Shown here: in pieces, positions 26,843 through 38,205 of the stretch | How positions within the stretch are numbered: position 1 is the first letter of the stretch | Layout of the letters: each line of letters begins with the position of its first letter | From: an uncultured Methanobacterium sp. | GTDB lineage: Archaea; Methanobacteriota; Methanobacteria; Methanobacteriales; Methanobacteriaceae | Length of the DNA stretch: 64,000 bases | Assembly: GCF_963665055.2 (NCBI RefSeq) | Contig: NZ_CAXXRN010000003.1 | Span: 10,326 to 74,325 of the forward strand | Direction of reading: 5' to 3' | Notes under the pieces: model-generated | What the model was told of the DNA's origin: nothing | The model's database searches: none | The model's input: the letters and a program-made list of their open reading frames with translations, nothing else | Made by a program: the position numbers and the translations under genes

Positions 26843-27640
26843 GAATTTATTTATCACATGTCCTGATAAATTTAAGAATTTTGGTATTGAAAGTCCCAAC
26901 TAGGAGTTCTATTCCGAGTTCTATCTTACAACCTGACTAATGAAATGTCAATAAAGTAATATATTGACTCTTCTTGTCTTGAAAACTTTAAATGTTCAAC
27001 AATGATAATATCACACGACATATGGATTGTGCAAAAGGTTTAAACCCCATAAACTAACTTAAAAAAATCTAAACCCTCAGATACGTTTCAAAATTGAATA
27101 AAAAAATAGGAAACAGATAGGATCATTCCAATTAATTTTTTTGATGCAACTACATTAGGGCTTTTTTCCTGTTATTAAATTAAGACACAAAAATATTTTG
27201 CATCCCCCGAAATTTTTATATACAAGTTTACGAATTATACAATTATACACTTCGAAAAAGATTATTAAAATTATAAGATTATATTCAATTTAGAGAATAA
27301 TAAAGGATTTAAAATTGAATAATAAAATTAAATATCCATTATTTAGATAAAAAAATTCAAAAATCACTTAAAATTTGTAAAAAAACTTATTTAAAAAAAA
27401 TACAGTAACCAGAATAAAGAAAAAAAAATAAGTAAAATCGAACAACTACTTACAGTCTATGAATACTCGCTGATAATTTTAAAATACAAAACTGGATCTG
27501 TAACTTTTCAACCGATTTATAATAATATTAACAATTTAATTAAATTATAACTCGTTATAACAATTAAATCTAGTAAAATAAACAAAATTCAGAGGAATAT
27601 TTCAAAAAAACTTTCCTGAATAACATCTTAGAGATATCAA

Positions 27641-28852
27641 ATGCCCGAAAAAATAGTCTTCGTACCAATACAATACCCTCCAACCATTGGGGGATTGCAA
27701 AGTTATATAAAAGGACTTGTCGATGCTGTGGAAGAAATTGGCTATGAAGCAGTAGTAATTACTTCAACTCCTAACCCGGATATGAAAATGGAAGGTGAAG
27801 TGGAAAAAAATGTTATCCAGTTAAATTCATGGTTCTGGTTCATGAATAGCCCCATAATAAATCCTTTAAAATTTTATAAAAATTTAAAGACCTTGAATCC
27901 GGATGTTGTTAATTTAGTATATCCTTTCCCCATATATTTAGATATAGCCTGTTTTTATGCTATTTTGCACCGCAAAAAAATCTGCTGTACTTATATTGAT
28001 GATGTTATAATGAAATTTCCCTACTCTCTCATCATGAGAATTTATGAAATGACAATATGGAATATATGGAAACGAAGTATTATTTCAATGGCATGTACTT
28101 GTCTGGAGAATACGGGAAAAATGCATCAGGCCTGAAAAACTGGAATAAAAATATGTATGAAGTTCCCCCACCAGTTTTTGACACCGATTTCAATCTCAGT
28201 GTGGAGAAAAAAATAGCAGCTAAGAATAAATTGAATCTTGCAGACTACAACAATATTGCCCTATTTGTAGGTGGATTACGTCATAGATTAATCTATAAAA
28301 GATTGGATCTAGTTTTGAAGGCATGGGCACTGTATAAAAATGAAAAAATTGACAATAGTGTCCTTTTGATAGTGGGAGATGGCGAACTCAGAAGTTACTA
28401 CGAGGATATGGCATCGAAACTGGGTTTAGGGCCAAAAGATGTAATTTTTAAAGGCTTTGTCTCTAAAAATGAACTTATTGACTGTTACCTTGCCAGCAAT
28501 GTTTTCCTGTTACCCTCTGAGGACAACAATGAAGCTTTTTGGAATAGCTTCAGTTGAAGCCATGCTTTACGGGAACGCAGTTATTGCATCAGATATTCCA
28601 GGATTAAGGGGATCTGTGAAAATCAAAAAATCCAGTACCTCATTAATAAAAAACAGTACCCCTGAAAAAATACTTAACCACATCAAATACTGGTTTTCCA
28701 AGGATATTAACGATTATTCCATAGAAAACCATCTCTACGTAACAGAATGCATGCACAAAGACCAGATCAAACAACAATTAACTTCTATGCTTGGCAGTTT
28801 CCACAGGGACAGAGTATCAGAAAAATCCACTGAAAAGAATATTTTTCATTAA
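27641..28852 (+). pseudogene. GT4 (GT-B) glycosyltransferase interrupted by two frameshifts
   Basis: Three overlapping ORFs join into one ~403-codon GT4: YPPTIGG start, FVGGL, LLIVGDG, and E-A-F-G-I-A-S-V-E motif restored by removing one T from the T5 run at 28536-28540; first shift (-1) near 28090-28110. Confidence 0.85.
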
Positions 28853-28937
28853 AAACAATGAAAAGAATACAGGTAAATAAAGGTGAATTTAGTTTTACGC
28901 TTATTTTAAGAATATCGTTCTGAGGAGACATATCATT

Positions 28938-29722
28938 ATGAATAACTTTGGATTTATTTACAATGCATTTTACGGATTTAAATCAATTTTCGTGATAAAA
29001 AATTGGTATGAAATTGTTAAAGATTATTTAAGGTATTATTTAGGATTTGAAAACCAAAATAATATGATTGTATGTTTCAAAAATGGAATCAAACCTTAAA
29101 ACTTCCAGAAAAAGCAAAAAAGAAGTTGCAGATATAGGTTTGATAGTTGATATCTGGTTTTCTGAAACATACACCCCTTCTGGATTTGAAATTAACAAGG
29201 ATGATGTCATTATAGACATAGGCGCACATAAAGGTTATTTTTCAATTTATGCTGCCTATAAAACTGGTAAAAATGGTAAAGTGTACTGTTTTGAGCCTTC
29301 ACCTCATAGTTACGAGTATCTGGGTTGACAATATTCAATTAAACGATTTTAAAAATGTGTTTCCGTTTAGATTTGGAGTGTGTGGTGAAAATGGGCTGAA
29401 AAAACTGAATGTTTCAGTAAGTTCGGCATCACATAGTATGCACACCAACGGTAATGATGTTATTGAAATTGAATGTTCAACCTTAGAGGATATTTTCAAT
29501 AAAAATCACATCAGTAAATGCGATTTTTTGAAAGTTGACTGTGAAGGGGCAGAATATGAGATATTTTATAACACTCCCCGCGAAATTCTAGAGAAAATTG
29601 ATAGAATTTCACTGGAACACCATAAAGTTGAAGGACATACATATCACCAACTAGCAACATTTCTGGAAAAAAATGGGTTTCAGGTAAGATCAACATCCAA
29701 GTCAGTTTACGCATGGAAATAG
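28938..29722 (+). pseudogene. FkbM family SAM methyltransferase interrupted by two +1 frameshifts
   Basis: ATG 28938 after GAGGAG; extra C near 29094 and extra G near 29321 join three frames; IDIGAHKG, FEP, KVDCEGAE, LEHH motifs. Confidence 0.85.
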
Positions 29723-29749
29723 ACAAAAAGATTCCATCAAGTTGATTCA

Positions 29750-30874
29750 ATGAAAATAGCACTAATTAACAATCAGCCACTCACCACTGGTGTTGGTAGA
29801 TATTCCTTCTCCATCTATGAAAACATGAAGGAATACATGGATATCGATCATTTTTTTATTGATCGAAAAAAAGGAGGAATTTATAAAATAGTAGATGACA
29901 ATAATTCTCTTCTTGTAAAAAAAGGTGGATTAAACTTATTGCCCGTGCAAAAATTATCTAATCTTTCCCTGGATTACTTAATGGGCCGTTATATTCCAGA
30001 TAATTACGATCTGTATCACATAACCAATCAAAATATGTCAATTTTAAATTACTATAATAATATAGGAGTTAATGTGCTAACTGTTCATGATATCATTTAT
30101 TTTACACACCCTCGAAATCCGATGCAAAAAATTCTAAGTAAACTACTTTATAAAGGAGTGAAGAATACTGATTTTATAATTTCAGTTTCCCACAGCACCC
30201 AACAAGACCTGGTTAAGCATTTTAATATACCTCCTGAAAATATTAAAGTTATCCCAGAAGGCGTTACCCGCAGATTCAAACCTTTAAGAACCCAGGATCT
30301 AAATGAAATATATTTAAAATATAATTTAAATGAAAATGATATTCATATACTTCATGTGGGTGAGGATAGTCCTAGAAAAAATTTGAAAGTCCTTTTGAAG
30401 GCGTTTAAATTACTTTTAATGGATAAAAAGATAAAAAATTTAAAATTAATAAAAATAAATGGTATGGACACCAAATTAATAAAAAAAATGGGATTGGAAG
30501 ACCATGTAATAGTTTTAGAAAATGTATTAGAGGAAGAATTGCCTAAATTTTACAATTTAGCTGATGTTTTTGTCTTTCCATCCCTTTATGAAGGATTTGG
30601 TTTACCATTAATAGAAGCTATGGCATGTGGATTGCCAATTATAGCTTCAAATGTAACATCTATCCCGGAAATAGTTGGAGATGCTGGGATTTTATTATCT
30701 CCTCAAGATTTTAAGGGTTTTTACAAGTCAATTAATTCAGTTTTAACAGATGAATCTCTTCGAGTGAACATGAGTTATAATGGCGTGAAAAGATCAAAAA
30801 TGTTTAGCTGGAGAACATGCGCAAAAGATACTCTAAATGTATATAAAGATATTTCCAAGGATATTGTGCGATAA
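29750..30874 (+). CDS. GT4 glycosyltransferase
   Basis: [39 protein letters not shown]. Confidence 0.93.
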   Translation: MKIALINNQPLTTGVGRYSFSIYENMKEYMDIDHFFIDRKKGGIYKIVDDNNSLLVKKGGLNLLPVQKLSNLSLDYLMGRYIPDNYDLYHITNQNMSILNYYNNIGVNVLTVHDIIYFTHPRNPMQKILSKLLYKGVKNTDFIISVSHSTQQDLVKHFNIPPENIKVIPEGVTRRFKPLRTQDLNEIYLKYNLNENDIHILHVGEDSPRKNLKVLLKAFKLLLMDKKIKNLKLIKINGMDTKLIKKMGLEDHVIVLENVLEEELPKFYNLADVFVFPSLYEGFGLPLIEAMACGLPIIASNVTSIPEIVGDAGILLSPQDFKGFYKSINSVLTDESLRVNMSYNGVKRSKMFSWRTCAKDTLNVYKDISKDIVR

Positions 30875-31070
30875 TATTAAATTTAAATAGATATTATCCC
30901 CTACAAATCTTGTCCTTCACAAAATGAAATTACATTCATTTGAGATAATTAAATTAGATGGAACTTCGGAAAAATACCTTTTCCTTTTAGTCTAGGAAAA
31001 TCATATTCATAAAATAACTGGATAATCTGCTTATCCATAGAGCTATAAGAACGGATATTTCAATAATTCA

Positions 31071-33329
31071 TTGGCGTTGAAAAAAATAACCTTCTGTGGC
31101 AGACCCATTGAGGTTAGGATAGATAATAATTCTGATTTAAAAATAATAGGTTTTGGAATGATATCGATAAAATCATTAGGAGAAAATAAACCCCTAAAAA
31201 TTAGTAAACAGTTTTATTTTCTCTTTATTCTTTTGTTTGTATTAATTACTGATTTAACAATTTTAATTAATATTCCTGCTTTACGACAATCAATGGGGTT
31301 CATCAGTTTAAATTTCATTCCAGGATTGCTTATTCTTCATATAATGAAAATTAATAGAATTGGGTTCTTAAAAAAAATAGTATTTTCAGTAGGGCTCAGT
31401 ATTTCTTTTTTAATGCTGGCAGGATTATTAATTAATAGCTTTTATCCTGTAATTTCAAGGCCCTTATCCTTAACTGTCCTGCTAATCTGCCTAAACATCA
31501 TTTTTGTAATCCTATTAATATTCGCATATTTAAGAACTGAAAACAATGTTTTGCATATAACCCCCAATCTGAATTTAGAGGACAATTATCTTTTTATACC
31601 CTTATTATCACTCATATTCCCCCTAATGGCCATAATCGGGATGTTTTTAATGAATTCTTACAGTAACAATATTCTATTAATGGTAATGTTACTTTCAATC
31701 CCATTATACCTCATTTTAATTGCTTATTTTAAGAATAAAACACCAAAATTCACTTATCCTCTGGCCATTATTATGATTTCATTATCTTTGGTCCTGATGC
31801 ATGGATTACGCTCAAGCTATGTAACCCTGTCTGATAGTAGTATAGAAATTTACGTTTTAAAATTAACTTTAAGTAATTTACATTGGGATCCATCATTATT
31901 TAAGCAGAATTATAACTCATCTATTGCTTTATCAATATTACCCTCAATATATTACATTATTTTGGGAATTAAAGAATTTTATATTTATAAAATTGTTTAT
32001 AACCTGTTGTTTGTCTTGACTCCTTTATGCGGATACTTAATCTTCCGGAAATATTGTAATGAGTACTTTGCATTTTTAGCAGCATTTTTCTTATTTTCAC
32101 AGCATATTTTTATCTCTATGTATGGATGGATTGGCTATAGACAAATTATTGCTTCAATATTCTTTGCTTTAACCATACTAACCCTATTTGAAAACAAAAT
32201 TAGAAAAATAAACACAACCATTATTTTAATACTTTTCATAGTTTCAATGATATTGGCAAATTATTCTACAGCTTACATATTTTTCATGATCATTGCGCTT
32301 TACTGGATTGTGAGTTCAATAATAGAATGGCAGTACAAAATAAGCGCAGGAAAAAACAAAAAATGGATTCCAAAATTTTTCCGCAACTTAATCTGTAAAC
32401 TGCCCACAGTTAAAAATTATAATGATGACATAAAAATTTTCACCGGAACTTTTATAGCGTTAATTTTTATCCTGATGTTTTTATGGTACAGTCAAATTAA
32501 TGCAACTCCCTTTGACGATTCTATCAACTTTATGAAAACTAATTTAATAAATATTTTAAACATGGCTTTTGAAGGATTAAAATCCGAAGAACAAGTAGTT
32601 GTTTTTGGGAAACAAATTGGGGATGTACTGAGTTATATTATATACTATGTATCCTTTGCCACCATTGGTCTGGGTGTTTATAGCTTACTAAGAAAAAACA
32701 AGATATTCAATAAAGATTATTTCTTAATGATAATAATTTCATTTGTTATCGCTGGATTTTTATTTGTTTCATCAGTGTTTATAGTAGGATTTGGAGTAGG
32801 GAGGGTTTATCAAGAATTGCTTGTTTTCCTAGCTCCATGTTTTGTTATCGGGGCTATGGTATTAGCTAATTTCCTTTCAAAATTTTATAATAAGATTAAC
32901 TGGAACTGGATTGTAATTCTATTGATAATTGCACAATTTTTCTCATCCACTTACATGATCTACCAACTCAGTGGTGATCCCCACTCAGAATTTTTAAATT
33001 CACAGGGGACCAGATATGAAAGTTGGATGATTCAAGATAAGGATTATATTGGGGCAAAATGGTTATTCCAAAACAATAACCAAGGATTAATAGTAAAAAG
33101 TGACTACCCGGGACAGTATTTGTATGGAGAATTTGATATGACCCGGACTATCTTCGTGGATCAATCCCTGAACATGTCAAGTGGATTTATCTTCTTGAGA
33201 ACTGCAAATACACAAAAAGGTCATATGTACCTCAATTATGAAGAGTATAATGACATATCAGTCTATAAAAAACTTTTCAAAAATAAGAGTAGGATTTACT
33301 CAAATGGGGGATCTGAGATTTATAATTAA
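31071..33329 (+). CDS. Large polytopic membrane protein (DUF2206-like), possible glycan polymerase/transferase
   Basis: Many TM segments, NYSTAYIF motif, C-terminal KSRIYSNGGSEIY; true start may be ATG 31158. Confidence 0.7.
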   Translation: MALKKITFCGRPIEVRIDNNSDLKIIGFGMISIKSLGENKPLKISKQFYFLFILLFVLITDLTILINIPALRQSMGFISLNFIPGLLILHIMKINRIGFLKKIVFSVGLSISFLMLAGLLINSFYPVISRPLSLTVLLICLNIIFVILLIFAYLRTENNVLHITPNLNLEDNYLFIPLLSLIFPLMAIIGMFLMNSYSNNILLMVMLLSIPLYLILIAYFKNKTPKFTYPLAIIMISLSLVLMHGLRSSYVTLSDSSIEIYVLKLTLSNLHWDPSLFKQNYNSSIALSILPSIYYIILGIKEFYIYKIVYNLLFVLTPLCGYLIFRKYCNEYFAFLAAFFLFSQHIFISMYGWIGYRQIIASIFFALTILTLFENKIRKINTTIILILFIVSMILANYSTAYIFFMIIALYWIVSSIIEWQYKISAGKNKKWIPKFFRNLICKLPTVKNYNDDIKIFTGTFIALIFILMFLWYSQINATPFDDSINFMKTNLINILNMAFEGLKSEEQVVVFGKQIGDVLSYIIYYVSFATIGLGVYSLLRKNKIFNKDYFLMIIISFVIAGFLFVSSVFIVGFGVGRVYQELLVFLAPCFVIGAMVLANFLSKFYNKINWNWIVILLIIAQFFSSTYMIYQLSGDPHSEFLNSQGTRYESWMIQDKDYIGAKWLFQNNNQGLIVKSDYPGQYLYGEFDMTRTIFVDQSLNMSSGFIFLRTANTQKGHMYLNYEEYNDISVYKKLFKNKSRIYSNGGSEIYN

Positions 33330-33350
33330 AGATCTGAATCTACAAATATA

Positions 33351-34616
33351 TTATAAATAATGTTTTTTAAGCTGAGGCAAACTAATCATTATTATTAACC
33401 CATTAGCGATGATCCAGGCATAACCCACACCGATTAAACCAAACAATGGGATCAAAACGTAAGTGAAGATCAAAGTGAATAGTCCAATAGTAACATAAAT
33501 AAAAATTACATAATTTGTTTTCTTTAAGACTCGATTTACTGTGGCGTAAAGTGTGTTAATATAGTAAATGAAGTTTCCTATTACAAATAATATTAAAATA
33601 TCATAGGAATTTGCAGCATACTCCTGCCCGAATATAAATAAAATAAATTTCCCAAACAGTAAAAGAAAAATAGAAGCCACAGACAACGATACGAAAATTA
33701 ATATTGCTGCTTTTTTAGTATTTTTTCTCAATTCTACCATACTTTGAGTGTTTTCAGCTATTAAAGAAATGTAAATCACGTAAGGAATTGCCAATAGTAA
33801 CATTGAGATTTGCCATGCAATAAAGAAATAGGCATTTTGATCTGCGCCCAAAATGTTTATAATCATCAATGGTAAAATGAAAGTGGGTAAATTTTCAAAA
33901 ATTCTTGCAATATAATTTCCGGAAGAAAAACGGAAAATATGTATTATAACGTCTTTTTTTACTGTTGGAATAAATCTGTACGAAACTAATTTTGAAGTTA
34001 ACAAAATGCCAATTACAAATGCAATAATAAATACTATTCCATAAGAAAAAACAATTCCAAAAATTCCAAACGGAATTAACAATACGAGAAATAGAAGTCG
34101 TAGAGGAATTACCATATTTTGCATTAATGAATATTCACCTTTTTTTAATCCAGCAAAGACACCAAAGCTTTGCAAGGTAATCAAAGGAGAAATAGTGGTT
34201 ACTATAACAAAAAGTACCATTACTAATGTATTTTCACGTAAAACAATTAAAGAAGGGCTCCAAATATTAATTCCCAATAAAAAAATCAAAGTTAAAACCA
34301 GTGCAAAAACGAGTGAGACAGTAAGACAGGAATTGATAAGTTCTTCCTGTTCTTTTAGTTCAGGTATATACTTTACAAGTGCTATATCAAATCCTAAAAA
34401 TGATAACATGCTAATTAAACCTATTATGGAAATTATTGCAGTAGCTAAACCTAGATCATTAGCAGAATAAAATCTTGCACCTATGACCCAGAAAATAAAT
34501 CCAGAACCTACTACAATAATATAGGTTACAAAGAGGTAATATGAATCTTTAAAAATTGGATCTTGGACATGATTGTATAGATTTTTAATATAATCCTTTA
34601 AAATATTTCTTCTCAT
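33351..34616 (-). CDS. Polysaccharide/oligosaccharide flippase (Wzx/MOP superfamily)
   Basis: GFIFWVIGARFYS...GL, GFDIALVKYIP, GADQNAYFFIAW, GLIGVGYAW; about 12 TM. Confidence 0.88.
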   Translation of the reverse strand: MRRNILKDYIKNLYNHVQDPIFKDSYYLFVTYIIVVGSGFIFWVIGARFYSANDLGLATAIISIIGLISMLSFLGFDIALVKYIPELKEQEELINSCLTVSLVFALVLTLIFLLGINIWSPSLIVLRENTLVMVLFVIVTTISPLITLQSFGVFAGLKKGEYSLMQNMVIPLRLLFLVLLIPFGIFGIVFSYGIVFIIAFVIGILLTSKLVSYRFIPTVKKDVIIHIFRFSSGNYIARIFENLPTFILPLMIINILGADQNAYFFIAWQISMLLLAIPYVIYISLIAENTQSMVELRKNTKKAAILIFVSLSVASIFLLLFGKFILFIFGQEYAANSYDILILFVIGNFIYYINTLYATVNRVLKKTNYVIFIYVTIGLFTLIFTYVLIPLFGLIGVGYAWIIANGLIIMISLPQLKKHYL

Positions 34617-34857
34617 TAAAAGTAATATTTAACAACTTAAATATTATATTTAACCCCTCCAAATTTTCTGCAATACATGTACTTCATTAAAGTGTCGTTT
34701 TTCTTTAAAAAATATATATTAAGTAGTTTTCCCATGAAAACAAGAATTATACAAGAATTAACTATAATACCAACTCAAAAACAGTTAGATGCTCATCAGC
34801 TGATTTTATTTCAGTTCCTTAAATCAAATATAAAACCTTTACGCCTACCAGCTAAGA

Positions 34858-34881
34858 CGACATGTTTATATATACCTATCG
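34858..34881 (+). promoter_or_regulatory. 24-bp operator-like element enclosing the TATA box of fmdE
   Basis: CGACATGTTTATATATACCTATCG; 20/24 identical to 25533..25556. Confidence 0.65.
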
Positions 34882-34916
34882 TTAACTGTAAGCTGTGGCA
34901 ATGTGAGGTGGAAATA

Positions 34917-35579
34917 GTGAACAAATACCAAGCCCTCCTAAAAAAAGCACAGGATTTACATGGTGAATTCTGTCCAGGTATTGTTTTAGGAACCCGAATG
35001 TGCATGATAGCCATGGAACAATTGGAAATGAATACCAACAAAAATAATGAGAATCTGGTAGTGTACGTGGAAATAGACCGCTGCCTTCCTGATGCTATAC
35101 AAGCAGTCACAGGGTGCAGTCTAGGTAATCGCAGGCTGAAATACAGTGATTATGGTAAATTCATCGCTACTTTTGTGGATATTTCCAGTGGCAAAGCAGT
35201 TCGGGTTTCAGCCCTTGATGATAAACTTAATTCAAGCCAGGGTTTCTGGACCTGGCTTGAAAACATTATGATTTCAACCAAACCTGGAAATTTAACCCCT
35301 GAAAAGGAAGAAATAGAATTCGCAGCCCAGCTGATGGAAGAAATAGCCCTTGAAGATCTTCTACTCATGGAAGAGATCCACTTTGAGGTACCTGAAAACG
35401 ATATTCCCGGATTCATAGAACACGTGGCAGTGTGTTCAGTGTGCGGAGAACATGTTATGGACTGGAAAGAGTTCACTGTTAATGGAAAAACAATTTGCAA
35501 ATCTTGCACCCAGAAACAAGTGGAAATACTGGTTAATGAAGTGTACTCGGATGGTACAGATTATGAGGTTAAAAGCTGA
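34917..35579 (+). CDS. fmdE: FmdE family protein with C-terminal zinc finger
   Basis: LHGEFCPG, EIDRCLPDAIQAVTGCSLGN, YGK, CSVCGE...CKSC. GTG 34917 with GAGGTG RBS; the track's upstream extension overlaps the promoter. Confidence 0.85.
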   Translation: MNKYQALLKKAQDLHGEFCPGIVLGTRMCMIAMEQLEMNTNKNNENLVVYVEIDRCLPDAIQAVTGCSLGNRRLKYSDYGKFIATFVDISSGKAVRVSALDDKLNSSQGFWTWLENIMISTKPGNLTPEKEEIEFAAQLMEEIALEDLLLMEEIHFEVPENDIPGFIEHVAVCSVCGEHVMDWKEFTVNGKTICKSCTQKQVEILVNEVYSDGTDYEVKS

Positions 35580-36148
35580 ACCTTCTCAGCTGAACATTCC
35601 CTCAGTTTATAAAAATGCCAAACTAATCTTTCAGTATCATTGCTTTAATTAAAAAAAATATGATTAAAATAAATTTTACAGCCTAATCAACTTTGTTACA
35701 AGCTAATCAACTTTATTTTAACAATTTATCAGTAACTGCTAATAATGTAAGTTGAAATTCTTCTTTCAACTTTTTTTGAGATTATATTTCTATTTTTTCA
35801 ACAGAATTTTATTTCTGGCTAAAATATTTTTTCAACAGAAGTTGTTCTAGCTAAAAATTATTGATCTAATACTGTATCAAAAATCACTAAATTACATTTA
35901 CCATATTTTTATATACAAGCCAATACAGTTTCAAATTAAAATTTAATAATTAATATGAAGTTAAATCATTCAAAATAATCTAAATAAAGCACAATAAGTT
36001 AAAATGAAAAAAAATAAACGCATAATCTAAAAATGACCTAAAATATTTATAATCTAAATTTTCTTTATATTTCTAAAATTTAATAAAGTTAAAAAAGGGA
36101 AAAGGAAAAAAGGAGAGAAAAAAAGAATTCCCCCTTAAACATATTTTT

Positions 36149-38205
36149 TTAATGTGTGGTCCATGGTGTGTAGTTTACGTTTCCCTGTATCTGTGCACTG
36201 GGGTTATCATTGGATCCCCACCAGTTATTGGTGGCGTTGAGTGTGTTACTGGTTCCAGCATAGGTTAAACCATACTGACTACTACCAGTGATGCTGTTAC
36301 TGTTCACTGTGTTAGTAGAACTGTCCGTATCAACACGCACTCCAATAGGGTTCTCAGTGATGTTATTTGACAAAATCTGATTGTCCAAAGATGTATCCAG
36401 GAGACATACTCCCATCCAGGTGTTTTTGTTGACTAAATTACTGGTTATGTTGTTTCCATTGGCATTTTGAAGAAGAATACCAATGTTATTTCCAGAAATC
36501 TGCGTATTGTTGCCGATAGTATTGCTACTTGCACCAATAATTATTATTCCGTGTGCAGTGTTGTTCTGAATAGTATTCTGACTCACAGTGATACCATAAG
36601 CACCATTTTCAATCAAAACACCCTCTTCACCATTACCAGATATCAGATTAGCACTTATAGTTGAATCATGAGCATTATTAGCCCAAATTCCCAACCAACT
36701 GTTACCAGAGACATTGTTATTAGTTATCTGATTACCAAATGAACCAACCAATCCTACACCTACCTGATTACCAGAAATATTAAGATTACCTGTAACTTGA
36801 ACCTGGGAACTGTTGGAAATATAAACCCCATTCCGGAGGTTATTCACCAAAGTATTACCACTCACAGTTATATTTGAACTGTTTTCAATGAATACACCTT
36901 CAGGATTATTTGAAACCGTGTTTACATTGTTTATTGCGTTGTTTACACCATTATAAACCCAAATACCAGCCCATTTATTCACAGTAACGTTGTTACCCTG
37001 GACAAAGTTTCCAATAGCATTGAATAAGTCTATTCCAACGTTATTTCCAGAAATCTCAGTGTTATTCAAAATCTGATTACCAGTACTAGTTGCATCCGGT
37101 ATGAGAATTCCATTCCAGGTGTTATTCTTAATGGTATTGCCCGTCACAAGGTTGTCAGTGGAGTAACTTTGCAGCACAACACCTTCCTGGTTGTTGGAAA
37201 CTGTGTTACTATTTACAGAGGTGTTTGTGGTATTGTAAAGCCAGATTCCAGCCCAACTGTTCCCAGAAACATTATTACCCTGTACCGTGTTTCCGCTTGA
37301 ATAATACATCTTAACACCAACATCATTTCCAGAAATCTCAGTATTATTCACAACCTGATTACCAGTACTAATAGCATCCGGTACAAGAACACCATTCCAA
37401 GCGTTATCCTTAATCACATTATGAACCACATGATTATCATCAGAAGATCCCTGCAGTACTACTCCTTCCTGGTTATTAGAGATTTTGTTGTCTTTTATCG
37501 TGTTTTTTGAGGAGTTGTATGTGGCTACTCCTGCCCAATGGTTTTCAGTGACATTGTTTCCTTCAATGGTGTTTCCTGAGGAACCAGACACACTTACACC
37601 AATATTGTTCCCAGAAATCTCAGAATTTTCAGAAACAGTGTTATTATCCGAGTTATCCGTGATGAGCACACCATTCCAAGTATTATTCTTAATCACATTA
37701 TGAGTCACATGATTATCATCAGAAGAACCCTGCAGCACAACACCCTCCTGATTGTTAGACACTAAGTTGGAATCAACAGTATTCCCAGTACCATTACGCA
37801 CCAACACACCAACCCAACCATTAGAATCAACTTTGTTATTGATTAATACACTATTCCCTGTGTTGATGAGCTGTATTCCCACAACATTGCCAGTTGCGGT
37901 GTTGTTTATAATGTTAACATTGTTCGCAGAGTCAACACTTATTCCTGCTGCCCCGGTTGCGTTAGCAACTGTGAATCCGGTTATGGTGGTTCCAGATGCA
38001 TCTGAACCAGTGACGCTGATTATGGAAGAAGTTCCAGTACCTTTCAAAACAGCACCGTTACCCTCAAGGTTTAAAGCTTTAGAAATTGTCAATGCCATGT
38101 TGTTGTAAGTCCCAGTAAGGAAAGTTACAGTGTCCCCTACTCTTGCAGAGTTTATTAAAGACTGGACATAGGTGTTGTTCATTGTGGAAGCAACAATGAA
38201 ATTCT
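36149..38205 (-). repeat. Shared NosD beta-helix module, copy 1
   Basis: Near-identical stretches at DNA and protein level with 61761..63820, 52739..54515 and 48030..49420. Confidence 0.9.

Noticed and set aside
26843-27640. Transposon remnant or small gene at the island boundary
   Set aside because: Only short ORFs (20-31 aa where checked) and no terminal inverted repeats or transposase motifs recognised.
34677-34916. 80-aa N-terminal extension of FmdE
   Set aside because: Covers the promoter and operator; RBS supports GTG 34917.
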